Translations under genes and position numbers: made by a program
DNA from: Camelus ferus
Lineage: Eukaryota
Direction: 5' to 3'
Length of the DNA: 64,000 nucleotides
Assembly: GCF_009834535.1 (NCBI RefSeq)
Contig: NC_045707.1
Span: forward strand, 62,064,001 to 62,128,000
The notes under the pieces: generated by a model
Database searches by the model: none
The model's input: only the letters and a program-made list of their open reading frames with translations
What the model was told of the DNA's origin: nothing
In this document: positions 38,715 through 53,053 of the stretch, in pieces
Layout of the letters: every line of letters begins with the position of its first letter
How positions within the stretch are numbered: the first letter of the stretch is position 1

Positions 38715-40443
38715 GGTCAGCACTGTATATCTTTCCCCAACCTTTTACTTTTAACCTACCTGTGTTTTTACATTTAAAGCACATTTAAAGTAGCATATGT
38801 TTGGATCGTGTTTTTCATGCAGTCTGACAACTTTTGTGCTCTAATTATAGTAGTTAGTCTATTTATATTTAACTTAATTACTTATATGGTTGGGATTTAA
38901 TCTACCACCTTCCTGTTTATTTAGTGTTTGTTTCACATGTATGCCTTTGTTCCTTTCACTTGGATTAATTAATTTATTTTGGAATTTCATCTAGAACGTG
39001 TTGCTGGATTTTTAGATACTTGGGGACTCCCAGATATCCTTCAGGTACTGTTTTCTAGTTTAATCTTGTAGTCAAAGAGCATGCTTTGAACAATTTGAGG
39101 TTTTTTTTTCTTTTTTAATTGAACATTTGAAAACAGCTGTGTTCAGCTGTTACTGAGTGACACGTTCTTTAAATATCAGTTCGGTCAATTTTCTTTTTAA
39201 TGTCCTTTAAGTCTTCTATAGTTTTACTGATTTTCTGTCTGCTTGTTCAACATAAAACCGAGAGTAGAGGTTTGAAAACTCAAAAGACAACTGCCCCTCT
39301 TCTTCCCTTTTAATACTGTAAGAGCCTAATATTTCTTCCTAAGAAGATTCTGTTGCAGTGGTCACCGAGGCCCTGCTCCTCTTTATCCAGCCTTTTCCCC
39401 ACTCTGCTTCACTGTGGGTGTATTCTACTTCGACATCCTAATGTACAGTAAGCTTCCGTTCTGCATCATCTATTCTGCCATCAGGCTCATTCAGCAAATT
39501 TTCACATCAGATACTGTCATTTCCATAGCTAGCAAGTCCATTTAGGACTTTTTATCCCTTCCATTTTTATCTTCAGTGGTACATTCACGTTTCCTTTTAA
39601 ATACTTTTACATAGTAGTAGATATTTTAATGCTCTTGTCCGTCAATTCTATTATCCCTCTCCTTTCTGGGTCTATTTTTATTTACAGTTTTTTTTTTCCT
39701 TGCCACCTCCCTTTCTCGCTTCTTGCGATGACCAGCATTCTTTTAAATTGTAAGCTGAACATTTTGACTCTGTGCCTGGACTTTGTTTTCTTCCTTTAAA
39801 GGATTTTGGGCTTTGAATTTTAACTTGTAGGCAGTTAACTCACTAGTGGTTCTATTTGCTACTTTTGAGATTTGTTCTTAATATTTATTTGGTGGATCCT
39901 GAGTAGCCTTTTATTATGTAAACAATGCAGTTCCACTACTTAGGTGGTATTTCCGTGGTCTCTACTCAATGTGTCTAGTGGTCAAGAGGGACCCCCGTCT
40001 CTGGTTGACAGAATTCCAGTGCTTCCTTGTGTGGGTTCTGGGTCAACTCATAGCCCTTTTGGTTGCTCAGCCTTGTGGCATTTCACCCCAGGTATGTACA
40101 TTTTAGTAGTTGTGATGGTTAATTTTATATGTCAACTTGGTGAAGCTGTATCACCCAGTTATCTAACCAAGTACTAGTTTAAGTTTTGCTGTGAAGGTAT
40201 TTTATAGATGGGTTAATATCTACAATTAGTTGATGTTAAGTAAAAGAGATTGGTAATGTGGATGGGCCTCAACCAATTAACTGGAGGCTTAAAGAGCAAA
40301 ATCAGGTTTTCTGGAGAAAAATTCTGCCTCAAGCCTGTAACATCAGTTCCTGCTTAGTTTCCAGTCTGCCAGGCTGCCCTATTGTTTCAATCTTGCCAGC
40401 CCCCAGAATCACACCAGTCAATTCCTTAATTCCTTAAAATGTG

Positions 40444-40487
<44 letters not shown>

Positions 40488-40915
40488 ATCTATCCATCTG
40501 TCATCTATCTCCTTTTTGTTCTGATTCCCTTGACTGATAATCTATAAATATTCAAGGGATAGCTGCTTGAGAATTTCTGAAACTGTTTTTCTTTGCAGCT
40601 CTCTCCTCTCTGGATTTCTGTGCTGCAACTTCCAGCTGTCTCAGCATCCATGAAGTCCAGTCTCTGGCTCCTCAGTTAAACAAGGATGCATGCTCTGCTT
40701 AAGACTCTCCCTGCTCCTTGGTTTGTCCGGGCAGAACTCTGGGACAATCATAGAGCTAACTTCTTTTATTTCTCTTCTTTCAGTGATCGTGGTCCTGTAC
40801 TGACAGCTGTCCAGTAACCGAAAGACATTTCGTACATTTTCTCATTTTTTTTCCCCCGGTTGTTTACAATGGGAAGTTAAATTCAGTCCTTCTTATTCGA
40901 TGGTGTCCAGAAGTT
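38715..40915 (-). mobile_element. Very old L1 (L1ME/L1M5-like) fragments
   Basis: tatatctttccccaaccttttacttttaacctac...ggatcgtgtttttcatgcagtctgacaac (endonuclease-region-like; the ORF 38554-38784 start FKCKNTGRLKVKGWGKIYSA echoes the L1 EN domain); T-rich ORF1/5' remnants follow. Confidence 0.65.
40111..40540 (+). mobile_element. MLT2D-like ERVL solo LTR with internal (TCTG)/(TCTA) repeat
   Basis: tgtgatggttaattttatatgtcaacttgg...gctgtgaaggtattttatagatg...aattctgcctcaag...cttgccagccccca. Confidence 0.88.
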
Positions 40916-42336
40916 TGTCTCTTCATCTACAACATTAGTAAGGAAAGAACTCAGTGAATTAAGAGTCTCTATTTAAAAATCATATTGGAAAAGTTCATAT
41001 TTTATAAAGAAAGATATTCACTGCTCCGTTTTCAGTAAACTAGAAATAGAAAAATTTCATATACAGGCACTCTCCTTACATGTTTACACCTGCAATTTAT
41101 TTTCAACTGGGGTTGTCTTCCTTTTTGATCTCAGCTAGTGTATAGTCCATCTTTTCTGTGTTCATATACTGTCTTCCTAGGGAGTCTGAGTAAATCATGG
41201 GTGCACTGAGAGGTCACAGTCAGTTTTTTGCTTAATATGTTGTTTTATGTTTGCTCAGAACTATGCTTTTTGGGCTTTCTTGACAAATGTAAGTAATAGC
41301 CCTCTCATCTCTGCACTGTGATAGGACTGGCCAGCTACTTCTTTTACAGATTTCTTTCATTGCTTTGGGACATCAACTTGACATTAGGTTGAAAAAAAAT
41401 TCCTCTTTGAGCCTAATGGTATAATTCCCATTTCCTCCTCTTCTCACCACTTTTCTGGGCTAATGAGTTTATTCAGAACTTTCCCGCCTGTGTTCACATA
41501 CCGCTGCTTCTTTTCTTCTTTTATTGATTCATTTCAGGTCGAGGATAGTTGGAAAATTACTCCTTTCACAGCATTAAAGTTTTGTATTATTTTTTCCATT
41601 TCAGTAACTATATGATGGATATAAGACTTAGTTTCCTTTCTCATGTAATAATGATTGAGTTGCATATAATGGACAAATAGAAAATGTTTCATATAAAATG
41701 GCCTAATGGAAGCACTTTCCCTTGTTTAAAAAACACAGTATCCTCCATTTTTATGTCTATTTGATGCTGTTTCTCAACTCTCAATTTAGCTTTCCCTGGT
41801 GGGAGTCATCATTACTGGCTCTTGGCAAGCAGAAAGATTGCAACAAAGTCATTTAGTTTCTCCCATTTTCTTTATCCCATATTTTTGAAGTCACCTCTGT
41901 AATGAGATGGCTGTAAAGCTATTTCGTTTGCATTCTCCAATGCCATTTTTCCCCTTGTTCTGCAGTATTATCCTATGTGACTTGTACTCTATTTGAATCC
42001 TAGGTTAGAACTCGCGTGTGTATGTATGCGCCCGCGCGCGTTAGCTCAATGTATTTATTCTCTCCCAGTCATGACTAGAGCAGCTGTATTTTGACTAAAA
42101 TTTACAAATCTTGAAGAATATGATTATTGTACAACTCTGATTTGTATGATGTCAATAAATTTGATAATTACATTAATATCATTAAAATATGAATAAGTTA
42201 ATGTGAGATTGGATGCCATCATTATCTAATGCATTGTTCACTTTTTGTTTTGTGGTTATCTTATTAGAAAAAATAAATTAGTTAAGGACAATCAAAGAGC
42301 GTTACTCAAAAAACCTTTACTTCGTTTTGTTCCTCA

Positions 42337-42417
42337 GCTTATACAGTAATCTTATTTGCAATCAATAAGATCATTTGCTTATACAGTAATCTTATTTGCA
42401 ATCAATAAGATTATTTG
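42337..42417. repeat. 40-bp tandem duplication (2 copies, 1 mismatch)
   Basis: gcttatacagtaatcttatttgcaatcaataagat(c/t)attt at 42337 and 42377. Confidence 0.97.
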
Positions 42418-44229
42418 AGGCATTTTTAATACATGTTAGAAAAGGTTTGTTGTGATTTTAACATATAACATTAAGTAATAAATATTTTATAGTTAGACTT
42501 GTGCCAGTCCAATTTTGTTTTTCTTTATGACATGGCATTTCACTTGGCTGACATTCCTTTAAATACAAAATCTGGAACTACGTCTCTCTGAAATCCTGTC
42601 AACATTAAATTCAGGACTTCTACATATGTTGCTTAAAATAAATGTCACTTTTGTAGGTTTGTAGGTTCATTTTGATTAGTCATTCTCTGACCATAGAGGA
42701 GACCAACAGCATTTTCCATTTTTCGATGTATCTGATCTAAATTATTGTGGTTAAGTAAAAAGCTATGAAGACATGAGGATCAATGTTACGATCTTTTTAA
42801 GTATAATATATCCATTTTAGCTAATTTAAAATCAAATTTTCCCTTCTATAAGATGTAGTCATCTCTATTACTTCCTATGTCCAATTCTATAACAGGTAAT
42901 TTGGATGTTTTTGTTTTAAATCTTGCAATGATCATATAATTTAAAAAATATTTCAAAGTACATAGCAAATAAATAATCAATTTTTATATTTATTATTAAA
43001 CAGTCAAAATACATTTTTTGTTCTAAATGTTCACTTAATAAGCATTTTTTCTCAATGTTAAAATTTTTCTTTTATTCTTTTCTATTTCTCAAAGATGATG
43101 ATAGCAAAAGTAGATATGGAAATATAATATGAAAAGATAAAATATCTAAAGAATTGTTTCATTAGACTAAGTTTTAAGAGAAATTTGCAAATTATATTCC
43201 TCAACTTCAAATACACAGAAACATGGAGCCTCCATCAGCCCTTGAATTGCTATGGTTATTTCACATCTGTTTTCTCATTTCTGACTCCAATAATCTGCTA
43301 CAAATCATACTATCTACATAGCAGTAGCAAATGCAGATACCATAGGCTTTCGATTGGTATTGATTTCTATATGACTATTCTTATAGTCAGATATCTAAGG
43401 TCATTATCTCCTTCTGCACACTTTTTTTTCACACTTAATTTCTGACTTAACTTTCTCTGATGTTATTTCTACAGGTACAAACATTGATTTTTATATTAAG
43501 AGCTTGATAATAAAGCATCACAGTTTATGACATGTCAAATTGTTTTAATGATGTCACTTATGGTGAAATTATACCTTTTTATGGATATTGCATTACTTTA
43601 TTTATAGGCGGAATATATGTTTGTTTCCTGTTAAATAATTCTTTTCACTTGTTAAAACATTTGGGATGAAATGGCAGGCACCATAAAAGAATGGGCTTCC
43701 CTCAACTGCTACTATTCCTCTGAATTTTAATCAGTATTTAATTAAACATTATTGGTTTCTTTCTCTGATACAGTGAATTATTAAACTGGATTTTCTCAAA
43801 ATTTTGCAGCTTTTAATTTCTAAGAATCTAGTTTTCTGTTTCACATATCTAATTAGATAACAATTGTATAAAAGCAATTTTGGTCAGATGAGAAAGGACT
43901 CCATTAGGTTAGACAGGTGATCACTGGCAGAGGGTTAAAATGGAGCTCAGTAATGTAAACTAACCATAAATACACTGAGGTTCCACACTGGGTCATTGTA
44001 ATGATGCAAACCATTTGTGATTACACTTCATCTCTACTTCAACTTTGTCCAACATTTATGCCACGTGAAAGGCCTTGCTCAAAATGCTGTCCTTTTAATT
44101 CTTCAGGAAACTTTATTTTGATAGATTTATCCTCCACTTCATCAACTCCTCCTAAACACTTCATCAACACTAAAACCTCTATCTTTCTCTGAAAGCACAA
44201 CAAACATTACACTCCCCCAACATAATCTC

Positions 44230-46470
44230 CAATCCTTTCATTTTCCTTTTCAGTTATAACTCCTGCAACCCTTCTCCTTATATTTTGTTTCCTACCATTA
44301 TAATCTCATTGGGACTCCCCCCTCCTACTTATGTGCCTAAATTCTCCAGTGAAACCCAAAACCCGGAAAAATGTAATGTTGGCTTTCTTCATGTCTGCAC
44401 TTGGATTGCGGAGCCCTGGATTAGCATCGTAGTACCAGGTAGTGATAGAACTAACCATTTGTAATCACCAGCATCAGGGACCCTTTTGACTACCTGGGCA
44501 ATCGATTACTTAAACAATTGTTTTCAGCTTTGTCAAACTTCCCATTTCTTTCATCACATGCTGTCCTCAGCAGAAAACTTTACTTTCAGAGAGAAAAGGG
44601 GAAAATATCAGTAAAGATTCTCTCAGATTCCCACTACCAACCTACAAACCACTGTACATTTTCACCCCTTCTCTATTCTTTCCTTTCTGTCACAATACTG
44701 GGGCTGTCATTCTTCCTTTCTGAAATCAGTCTTTAAATTGTCCTTTAAGTTATTTCATTCCAATTCCCTTTATATTCAGTACCTCCAACTTTTTCAACTA
44801 TCTCTGCCTATACGTATTTATACATATTAAAAACATTTCAACATGAATCAAAAATGCCCTTTCTTAAAGATGCATTCAATTTCATCTATTATTCTATTTC
44901 TTGCATTTTATAGTTTATAAAGAAGTTTCTAAAATCTTTATTTCTATTTCATCATGTCTCATTTATTTGTACACTTACAATTCAGCTGAAACCACCTTGG
45001 CAAGTGGCACTAATGTCTTCAAAGTCACTCTAATCAGTGGCCACTTCTCCATCTTCTTGCTTACACTACACTTCTGAGTAAGTGACATTTTTATTAAAAT
45101 ACTTATCTTCTCTTCAGATTTGATTCCACTTTCTCCAAGTATTTTGTCTACTTTTTTCAATTCTTTCCAATGGTCTATACCATCTTTAAATGTTGGAATT
45201 CCACGTCTTCTTCCAACTGTATTTTCAATTTACTCTTACTCTTGTATATTACCATGCCTTGTCAAAGCCTGTAAATATGTATTTCTAATACTCTTTTTTG
45301 AGATTCAAGTATGTCTATTTATCTATCACCTACCTGTCTATCTGTCTATCATCATTGTCCATCATCTACCATCTACCTACCCCCACAATTTAAACTCAAG
45401 AAGCAAAACATCTATCAATCTGGACTTATTATCCATTTCTCACAAGCTACCAGAAGTGTGGATTTCTTCTAGATAGCACTCTTGTTCTCTCTCTAACCTC
45501 TTAATCACTCCTTGATTGAATAAGGAGTTATCGGATTGATTTTTGGAAAAAAAGAGCAGAGCAGGCTTAGCTCAGTTCTTTCTTTCCTATATCATGACTA
45601 TTCCTTCAGTATGCTGCTTTTGTTTAGCTGTATGGTATACTCAATTGCTTCAGTCAGAAAGACACAAGAGAGAAGTTGATTCTGTCTTCTTTTCCCTCAT
45701 GACCTTCATCCCCACATACCCAACCAACCTTGTACTTCTCCAAACTCTCACTGCTACCCTTCTGTTTCTGCCTTCTTCACTCCCTTTTCTGGCTACTGCA
45801 ACCACATTCTAAGTGGTATTCCCTCATCACTTCTTGCACCCCATACAGCTTCAATGTATCTTTTACAATGCACAGTTATTTATATCACCACATCACTTTA
45901 AGAAAAAAATAGTCCACTATCTGTAGTTATCAATAGGAAAAATTCCAAACTTCTTAATCTGGCTTAAAACTGGTATATGATTGGGTTCCTGTACTTGCCT
46001 CCCTTACTGGCTTCCCACCAGCCTGTTCTTTAAGCATCAGCAATAGCCTCCTTCTGAGAATTCTTCCATGTGTTACGTATTTTTACCAACTCAGAATTTT
46101 TATGCAACCTGTCCCTTCTCTCTGGAACAGTCTCCACCTCCTCCATTTGTACCCCTTCACTTAGATAATATCCACCCTTCTTTCAGATTTCACTTCTCAG
46201 ATTAACAGACAATTCCCATGGAAGCTCTTTACTGATTACCAAAATAGATTAGGTAAACCAGTTGTATGCTCTATATTTGCATTCTGCATTTTTCACAAAA
46301 TATAATGGAAATTGTAACTCTAAATTACTTATTTGTAATAATTTGTATAATGTTTGTCTTTCTCACTAGACCAAAGCCCACAAGGACAGGGCCTATCTTT
46401 TTTATTCAGGGCCACAGTAGACTCTCCAACATATTGAGAAGTTCAATAGGTGTTTGCTTAATAAATGAGC
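44230..46470 (+). mobile_element. Long degenerate L2 LINE remnant
   Basis: Pyrimidine-rich; ctgaaaccaccttggcaagtggcactaatg, aaattccaaacttctta, tttgtctttctcactagac...ggacagggcctatc...ttcaataggtgtttgcttaataaatga at the 3' end. Confidence 0.7.
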
Positions 46471-47159
46471 ATCCAACAAAGTAGAAACTTCACAAAAAAA
46501 CTAAGACACAAGGAAGGCAAGGAAAGAGAGTATGGAAATAAGGACGATCATTTTGCATCCGGTAGATGTAAGTAAGAGACAATTACGAATATCAGTGGGT
46601 TTGAAATAGCATAGAATTTTGTTCTGTGATTACTGAAGTACTTAAATGATGTAAAATCATTGTTTCTTTTCAGACGTCTGAAATTATAAAATTGAATATA
46701 ACATTAATACCATCCTATTACATTATAAAACCATGATCTAAAGTGCCATCTTTGACTCAGTAGAATAATTATTATGTGTATTATTTAAAGGTGAAGATTT
46801 GGCATTGGGTTTAAAAAAATACCTGAGCTCTAAGGAAAAACAAAATACGAATTAATGCACTGCTTTTTGTCTTTGTTTTTGGAGCACCTATAATGTCAGT
46901 GTAAGTATCAATTTCTCCCTTAATTTGTATGGTCAATGTGAAAGCACTGAACGGATATCACTATTGTGAAAGGCAAGAGCAGATATCCCTTTTACTCTTC
47001 TTTGTTATCTCACTCAGGCAGAACATCTCGAAATAAAACAGATTAAAGTGAAACATTTTGGCTACCTACCTCCTTTTAAATGTATTTGTCTTTTCTTGTG
47101 TGTTCCTGATTTTTTCTTATCTATGAATAATTACTACTACTACTGAATAATTATAACTA

Positions 47160-47395
47160 CTGCTACTGTTACAAATAACATATTTAATTCTTGGGCACTT
47201 ACCTCCCGGGGCATTTTTACAGAAACTTAAAGAGGTAGGTCTTGGGATACTATTGCTACCTCCCTTTTACATATGAGGGAAGTGAAATGCAGGGGGGATT
47301 ATGAGATTTGACCAGGATCCCACAGCCAGGAGGGGCAGCACTGATTTGCACACTCAGCAGCAGGACTGCAGGGCCACACTCTTCAGCACTATTTT
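47160..47395 (-). mobile_element. MIR SINE
   Basis: cccttttacatatgagggaagtgaa...gatttgaccaggatcccacagcc...gatttgcacactcag. Confidence 0.75.
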
Positions 47396-47849
47396 GTAAT
47401 TCTCAGGCCACTATAACCACAGACTTACTAACACCTTTTCCACTCTCACTTCCACAGTCAGTCCTGATGTCCCCCAAAATACCATTTTCTAAAACTGCCA
47501 TTCACCTTGCTGGTCTACTAGTTTAGGTCTTTCAAACGTGGTGGAAAAACTAGGTGCTTCCTTTCCAGTTTACTCTTCAGTTATTGCGATGACAGTTCCA
47601 GAGGACACAACCTTGGACGGAGATGCACCGTCTCCTGGGTGGGCCCCACGTACTCCTCTTCGCCTGCCCTTTTCGCTCTGGCACAGCTTTGTGATATTGG
47701 GGTGGCAGAGCTTTTCCATCTCTTTTTACTGATGAAAACATTCTTCATTTTAAGAGGACAACTTGTCATCAATCCACTTAAAGATTGCGTTACAATTATT
47801 AAGAAACTTTTTTAACCTCTTTGTTGACCAAGACTTGAAGTTTCCCGTA

Positions 47850-48900
47850 TTTCTTTGCACACTTTGTGATGAGAGCCTAGGATTTTAGGAAAGAGCAGTT
47901 TGTGATTCTCGGTATCTTCCTATTTGTCTCAGTGGTTTGCCCCATGTCCTGAATTCTCTAATGGAAACAAAAAAGAGTTGCTGATTTTCACCTTGTTCAG
48001 CTTTCTTCTTGTGAGGATGGGAGTGATGACTTTCAAGCTCCATTAGTATGAATGTGTTTGTTTAACCATTCACCTTTTGAGGGACATCTTGGCTGCTTCT
48101 AGTTTTTAGCTATTATTGATAAACTTGCTATAAACATTCAGGCATAAATTTTTGTAAGAATATAAAAGTCTTCATTTTTCTGGGATAAATACCCAGGAGT
48201 GAAATTATTGAGTCTTATGGTAGTTGTGTGGTTGGTATTAAAAACAACAACAACTGCAAACTGTTTTCAAGAATAGCCGTGCCATTTTGCATCCTAACTT
48301 GCAATGTGTGAGTGATCCAGTTTCTCCACGTTCTCTCCAGGATTTGATGTTTTCACTTTTTTTTTTTTAAACCATTCTGCTAGGTGTTTCGTGATATCAT
48401 CGAGTAGTTTTGATTTGCATTTCCCTAGTGGCTAATGATATTAACATATTTTATGTGTTTATTTGCTATCTGTATATCCTCTTCAATTAAGTACTTCTTT
48501 ATATCTTCAGCTCATTGAGTAGTTGTTCTATTTTTTTTTTCTTTGACTTTGAGAGTTCTTAATATATTCTAGATATTAGTTCCTTGTTGGATATGTGTTT
48601 GCAAGTCTCACAGTCTGTAGCTGGTCTTTTTATGTTCTTGACAGGGTCTTTGCAAAACAAGAGCTCTTGAGCAAGTCCAAGTTATCAATTTTCCTCCAAA
48701 GGAATGTGCTTTTGGTCTAAAAACTCTTTGCCTAGCCCTAGATCCCAGAAATTTCCTATTTCTGGGTTCTCTGTTCTGATCTATTGACATGTATCTAACC
48801 TCTGCCATACTGCACCGTGTTGATTGTTTTAGCTATACAGTAAGTCTTAGTGTCAGGTAGAGTGATTCCTTCCACTTTATTCTTCTTTGTCAAGATTGTT
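47850..48900 (-). mobile_element. Old L1 (L1MC/MD-like): 5' end remnant ~47850-48045 abutting a 3' region ~48050-48900
   Basis: gaggatgggagtgatgactttcaagctc; then tttaaccattcacc...gggataaatacccaggagtg...gatttgcatttccctagtggctaatgat. Confidence 0.75.
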
Positions 48901-49789
48901 TACCTTTTTATAAATTACAAAGGTAATATATTAAGGCACTCTTGTAATTTCAAATGACAGCAGATTCATGTGTTTTTGGAGAGTATATTTTGGTAACATT
49001 TTAAAGGAAAATTCCCCTTTTCAATCACAGGGGAGGGGATGTATTTGTTTCCGAAATATGCATCCTTTTTGATGGGCTTAAAGACTAATGCTTCTAGCTC
49101 CACACAATGGCTGAAAGGTCTTTACATTTGTAACTGAAAAGACCTGAAGCAGAAGTGGCCCTAAGGTGGAATTCCTCTTATACTGTAGTGAGAGATACTG
49201 ACAAGATCACGTAGGTTTGCTTCCATCACAGCAACACAGGATGGTTGGAGGCCTAATCTTTTGTGTGGTATGACCAGGGAGAAGCCTGGAGCAATTCTGA
49301 AAAAGCAGCCTTTTGAGCAGAGTTATTCCCATATAGTTAGAGAGGAGATTAGCCTTAATCCCCATATGTTTCGTTTCCCTGGTGTCAGAAAGGCTCATGT
49401 TAAGCTGATGTTGTCCACACAAATTTGGAGATAAAGTGATTAAGCAGAAATGCCCATGAGCTATTACTTCCAGGACTGTATCAAATTATTCTACACAGGG
49501 AATTTCTGGTGCTAGGAAATAGGGCATCTATCTCTCTTCAGCTGATTTCAAGCTGGAAGTGTGTATCGCTGCCTAACAGGGATTAAAATGACCCTCTACT
49601 AATCCATAGTCAGAACGCTTCAGCAGGAAGACTGCCTGTTAAGGGGTGCTGCATCCTAGAGTAGACAGCATTTTGTACAGTGGATACTGGAGGAAAGCAG
49701 CATCTTCTATGGCAGTAATTTGGGGAGACTTTATGGAAAAATAATAGTTTTAATAAAAGTCCAAATATATTCCCTCTGTTACATCATCT

Positions 49790-50444
49790 TGTTGCTGAAA
49801 GATGCAAACAGTGTTCCAGGTTCTTGTCCCGTCCCAGAAAGAATTCAGAGACAAGACGTAGTGGTTAAAAAGGTAAAGTGAGGATTTATTAAAGGATGGA
49901 TAGTGCACTCTCAGGGGAGAGAGGGCAGGCTCAGTGAGCGGCTGCCCTGAGTTTCTTTAGCAAGTTAGCTACATAGGGTGCAAAAATAAGTGGGCAGAAT
50001 ATTCACTGGAGAGGGAAGGGTTTGGGGTCGTATTCCCTGATTATCATTCCAACTCCACCTTCCCAAAGGGAAGAGGGATTTTTGTTCTTATTTAGTCTGG
50101 ATCGAAAGTGTCACGGCATCAGTGCATGACGGGTACTTCTGATCTGCAAGGCTAATTTTATTGAAATGAGGCATAATGAGCAAAAGGTTACATTCAGACA
50201 TTGGAAATTCCTGCCTTTTCTCACCTCTCGTTGTTCTTCTCCAGGCCACTTGTCACCCCAGAAAGCATGATCCCTTATCAGCCCAAAGGTTCCTGCTTTT
50301 CTTTCTCTGCCCAGGGACCCCTGCTGCTTACATGATGTGTGGTTTCCTGCATTTGGCTTGTGCCCCTACTTTATACCCGATTCCTGCTATTTGGTCTGTG
50401 TCCCCCTTTCTCTGTTCATATCTAGCTATCTGCCTGCTCTAACA
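49790..50444 (-). mobile_element. Relatively young ERV1-type solo LTR (~655 bp)
   Basis: tgtt...aaca inverted termini; 4-bp TSD atct/attt; AATAAA on the minus strand (tttatt ~49885); GC-richer than the flanks. Confidence 0.8.
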
Positions 50445-51723
50445 ATTTGACTTCAAAAGCAGGTTAAGAAAAGACAAGGAAATATACATTCAAGGAGAAA
50501 GTGATGTAAACGTGACATCAAGAAATTTAAATTGTAATTTTCTCTGCTAAGTAGTTTGTAGACAGAAAGAGGCTTGAGGAGGTAACAGCTTGACCCACAT
50601 TACCCAAAGTGGGGTATTAGTGGGAAAGATACCCATAGAACAGAATGTTTCCATGTCATGGACCTTCGTCACCCAGAAACTTCCCTGCACCATTTTATTT
50701 AGTGAGATACTTCTCCCCTCATTCAAATCAGGGGGTGGAGACTGTTGATGACAGTGTTCTCTCTCTTTGACCACAGGGGTGACAATATGACCCAGTTAGG
50801 CCAACCATAGAATTTAGGCTCCTAGCCATAGCAATTGTTTCTATATGGGCTCTTGTCTGAGCCACATTTGATCAGACTCATTGTCTACGACTTCCAGCTG
50901 CAACTGACTGATAAGCATCTCACAGGTAAGTCAGAATACTTGGAGTCAGCATGTTAGACTTAGGGAAAGTAAGCCTGAAAAAAATAGTAGAGACAAGATT
51001 CTTTGGATCCATTTTTCTCTGAAATCTGTCATACCCTTTTAATTTTTTTTCAGTTTGGTTACTCTAGCCAACAAATGTTTTTCAACCTGTTTGTGTTTTT
51101 GCTTATTTTTTCATTGATGTTTTATAAAGACTTATTTGTTAGAGTAATTTTAGGTTTTCAACAAGATTGAGAGGAAGATACAGACTTGCCATACATTCCT
51201 TGCCCCAACACACACATTTATCTTCCCCTAGTATTAACATCAATCACCAAAATGATACATCTTTTACCAAAGATGAATTCACACATCAAAATCACCCTAA
51301 GTCTGTAGTTTTCCTTAGGGTTCAGTTCAATCTTGCTGTTATATATTCTATGGGTTTGGACAAATGTAAAATGACATACGTACATCATTATAATATTATA
51401 CAGAAAATCTGCACTACTCTAAAAGTCCTCTTTTCTCTGCCTTTTCACCTCTCCCTGCACACTACCCTCCTCCCAAAGCCACTGATCTTTTTACTATCTC
51501 CATAATTTCACCTTTTCCAGAATGTCATATAGTTGTCATCAAGTAGTATGCAGCCCTTTCAGATTGGCTTGTTTCACTGAGCAATACACATTAAGTTTCT
51601 TCTATGACTTTTCATGGCTTGGTAGCTAATTTCTTCTCAGTGTTGGAAAATATTCCATTTTCTTTATGTAGTAGAATTTATGTAATCATTCACCTTTGGT
51701 TGCTTCCAAGTTTTGGAAATTTT

Positions 51724-53053
51724 CTTTTATTTTTTTTTTAACATTTTTGATTGATTTATAATCATTTTACAATGTTGTGTCAAATTCCAGTGTAGAGCAC
51801 AATTTTTCAGTTATACATGAACATATATACATCCATTGTCACATTTTTTTCTCTGTGAGCTAACACAAGATCTTGTATATATTTCCCTGTGCTATACTGT
51901 ATAATCTTGTTTATCTATTCTACAATTTTGAAATCCTAGTCTATCTCTTCCCACCCTCCGTCCCCTTGGCAACCATAAGTTTGTATTCCATGTCTGTGAG
52001 TCTATTTCTGTTTTGTATTTATGCTTTGTTGTTTGTTTTTTTTTTTAGATTCCACATATGAGCGATCTTATATGGTACTTTTCTTTCTCTTTCTGGCTTA
52101 CTTCACTTAGAATGACATTCTCCAGGAGCATCCATGTTGCCGCAAATGGCGTTATGTTGTCAGTTTTTACGGCTGAGTAGTATTCCATTGTATAAATATA
52201 CCACCTCTTCTTTATCCAGTCATCCGTTGATGGACATTTAGGCTGTTTCCATGTCTTGGCTATTGTAAATAGTGCTGCTATGAACATTGAGGTGGGTGTC
52301 ATCCTGAAGTAGGGTTCCTTCTGGATATATGCCCAGGAGTGGGATTCCTGGGTCATATGGTAAGTCTATTTCTAGTCTTTTGAGGAATCTCCATACTGTT
52401 TTCCACAGTGGCTGCACCAAACTTCATTCCCACCAGCAGTGAAGGGGGGTTCCCTTTTCTCCACAGCCTCTCCAGGATTTGTCATTTGTGGATTTTTGAA
52501 TGATGGCCATTCTGACTGGTGTGAGGTGATACCTCATTGTAGTTTTGATTTGCATTTCTCTGATAATTAGTGATATTGAGCATTTTTTCACGTGCCTATT
52601 GATCATTTGTATGTCTTCCTTGGAGAATTTGCTTGTTTAGGTCCTCTGCCCATTTTTGGACTGGGTTGTTTATTTTTATCTTATTAAGTCGTATGAGCTG
52701 CTTATATATTCTGGAGATCAAGCCTTTGTCGGTTTCATGAAATCGAAATAGCAATAAAAAACCTCCCTACAAATAAAAGTCCAGGACCAGACGGCTTCAC
52801 CAGGGAATTCTACCAAACATACAAAGAAGAACTCATACCAGTCCTTCTCAAACTCTTCCAGAAGACTGAAAAGGAGGGAATACTCCCAAACTCATTCTAT
52901 GAAGCCACCATCACCCTGATACCAAAACCAGGCAAAGACACTACTGAAAAAGAGAATTATAGCCCAATATCACTGATGAACATAGATGCCAAAAGCCTCA
53001 CCAAAATATTAGCAAACAGAATCCAACAGCACATAAAAAAATATTATACATCA
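51724..53053 (-). mobile_element. Young lineage-specific L1 with 5' inversion
   Basis: Poly(T) start; minus-strand 3'UTR/ORF2 C-terminus to ~52738 ([32 protein letters not shown]). Plus-strand ORF2 piece 52739-53053 ([32 protein letters not shown]...ISLMNIDAK). Perfect TSD tggaaatttt (51714-51723 / 53054-53063). Confidence 0.95.

Noticed and set aside
52045..53053. ORFs with RT/ORF2 similarity
   Set aside because: Pieces of a truncated, inverted, frameshifted L1; cannot encode a functional ORF2p.
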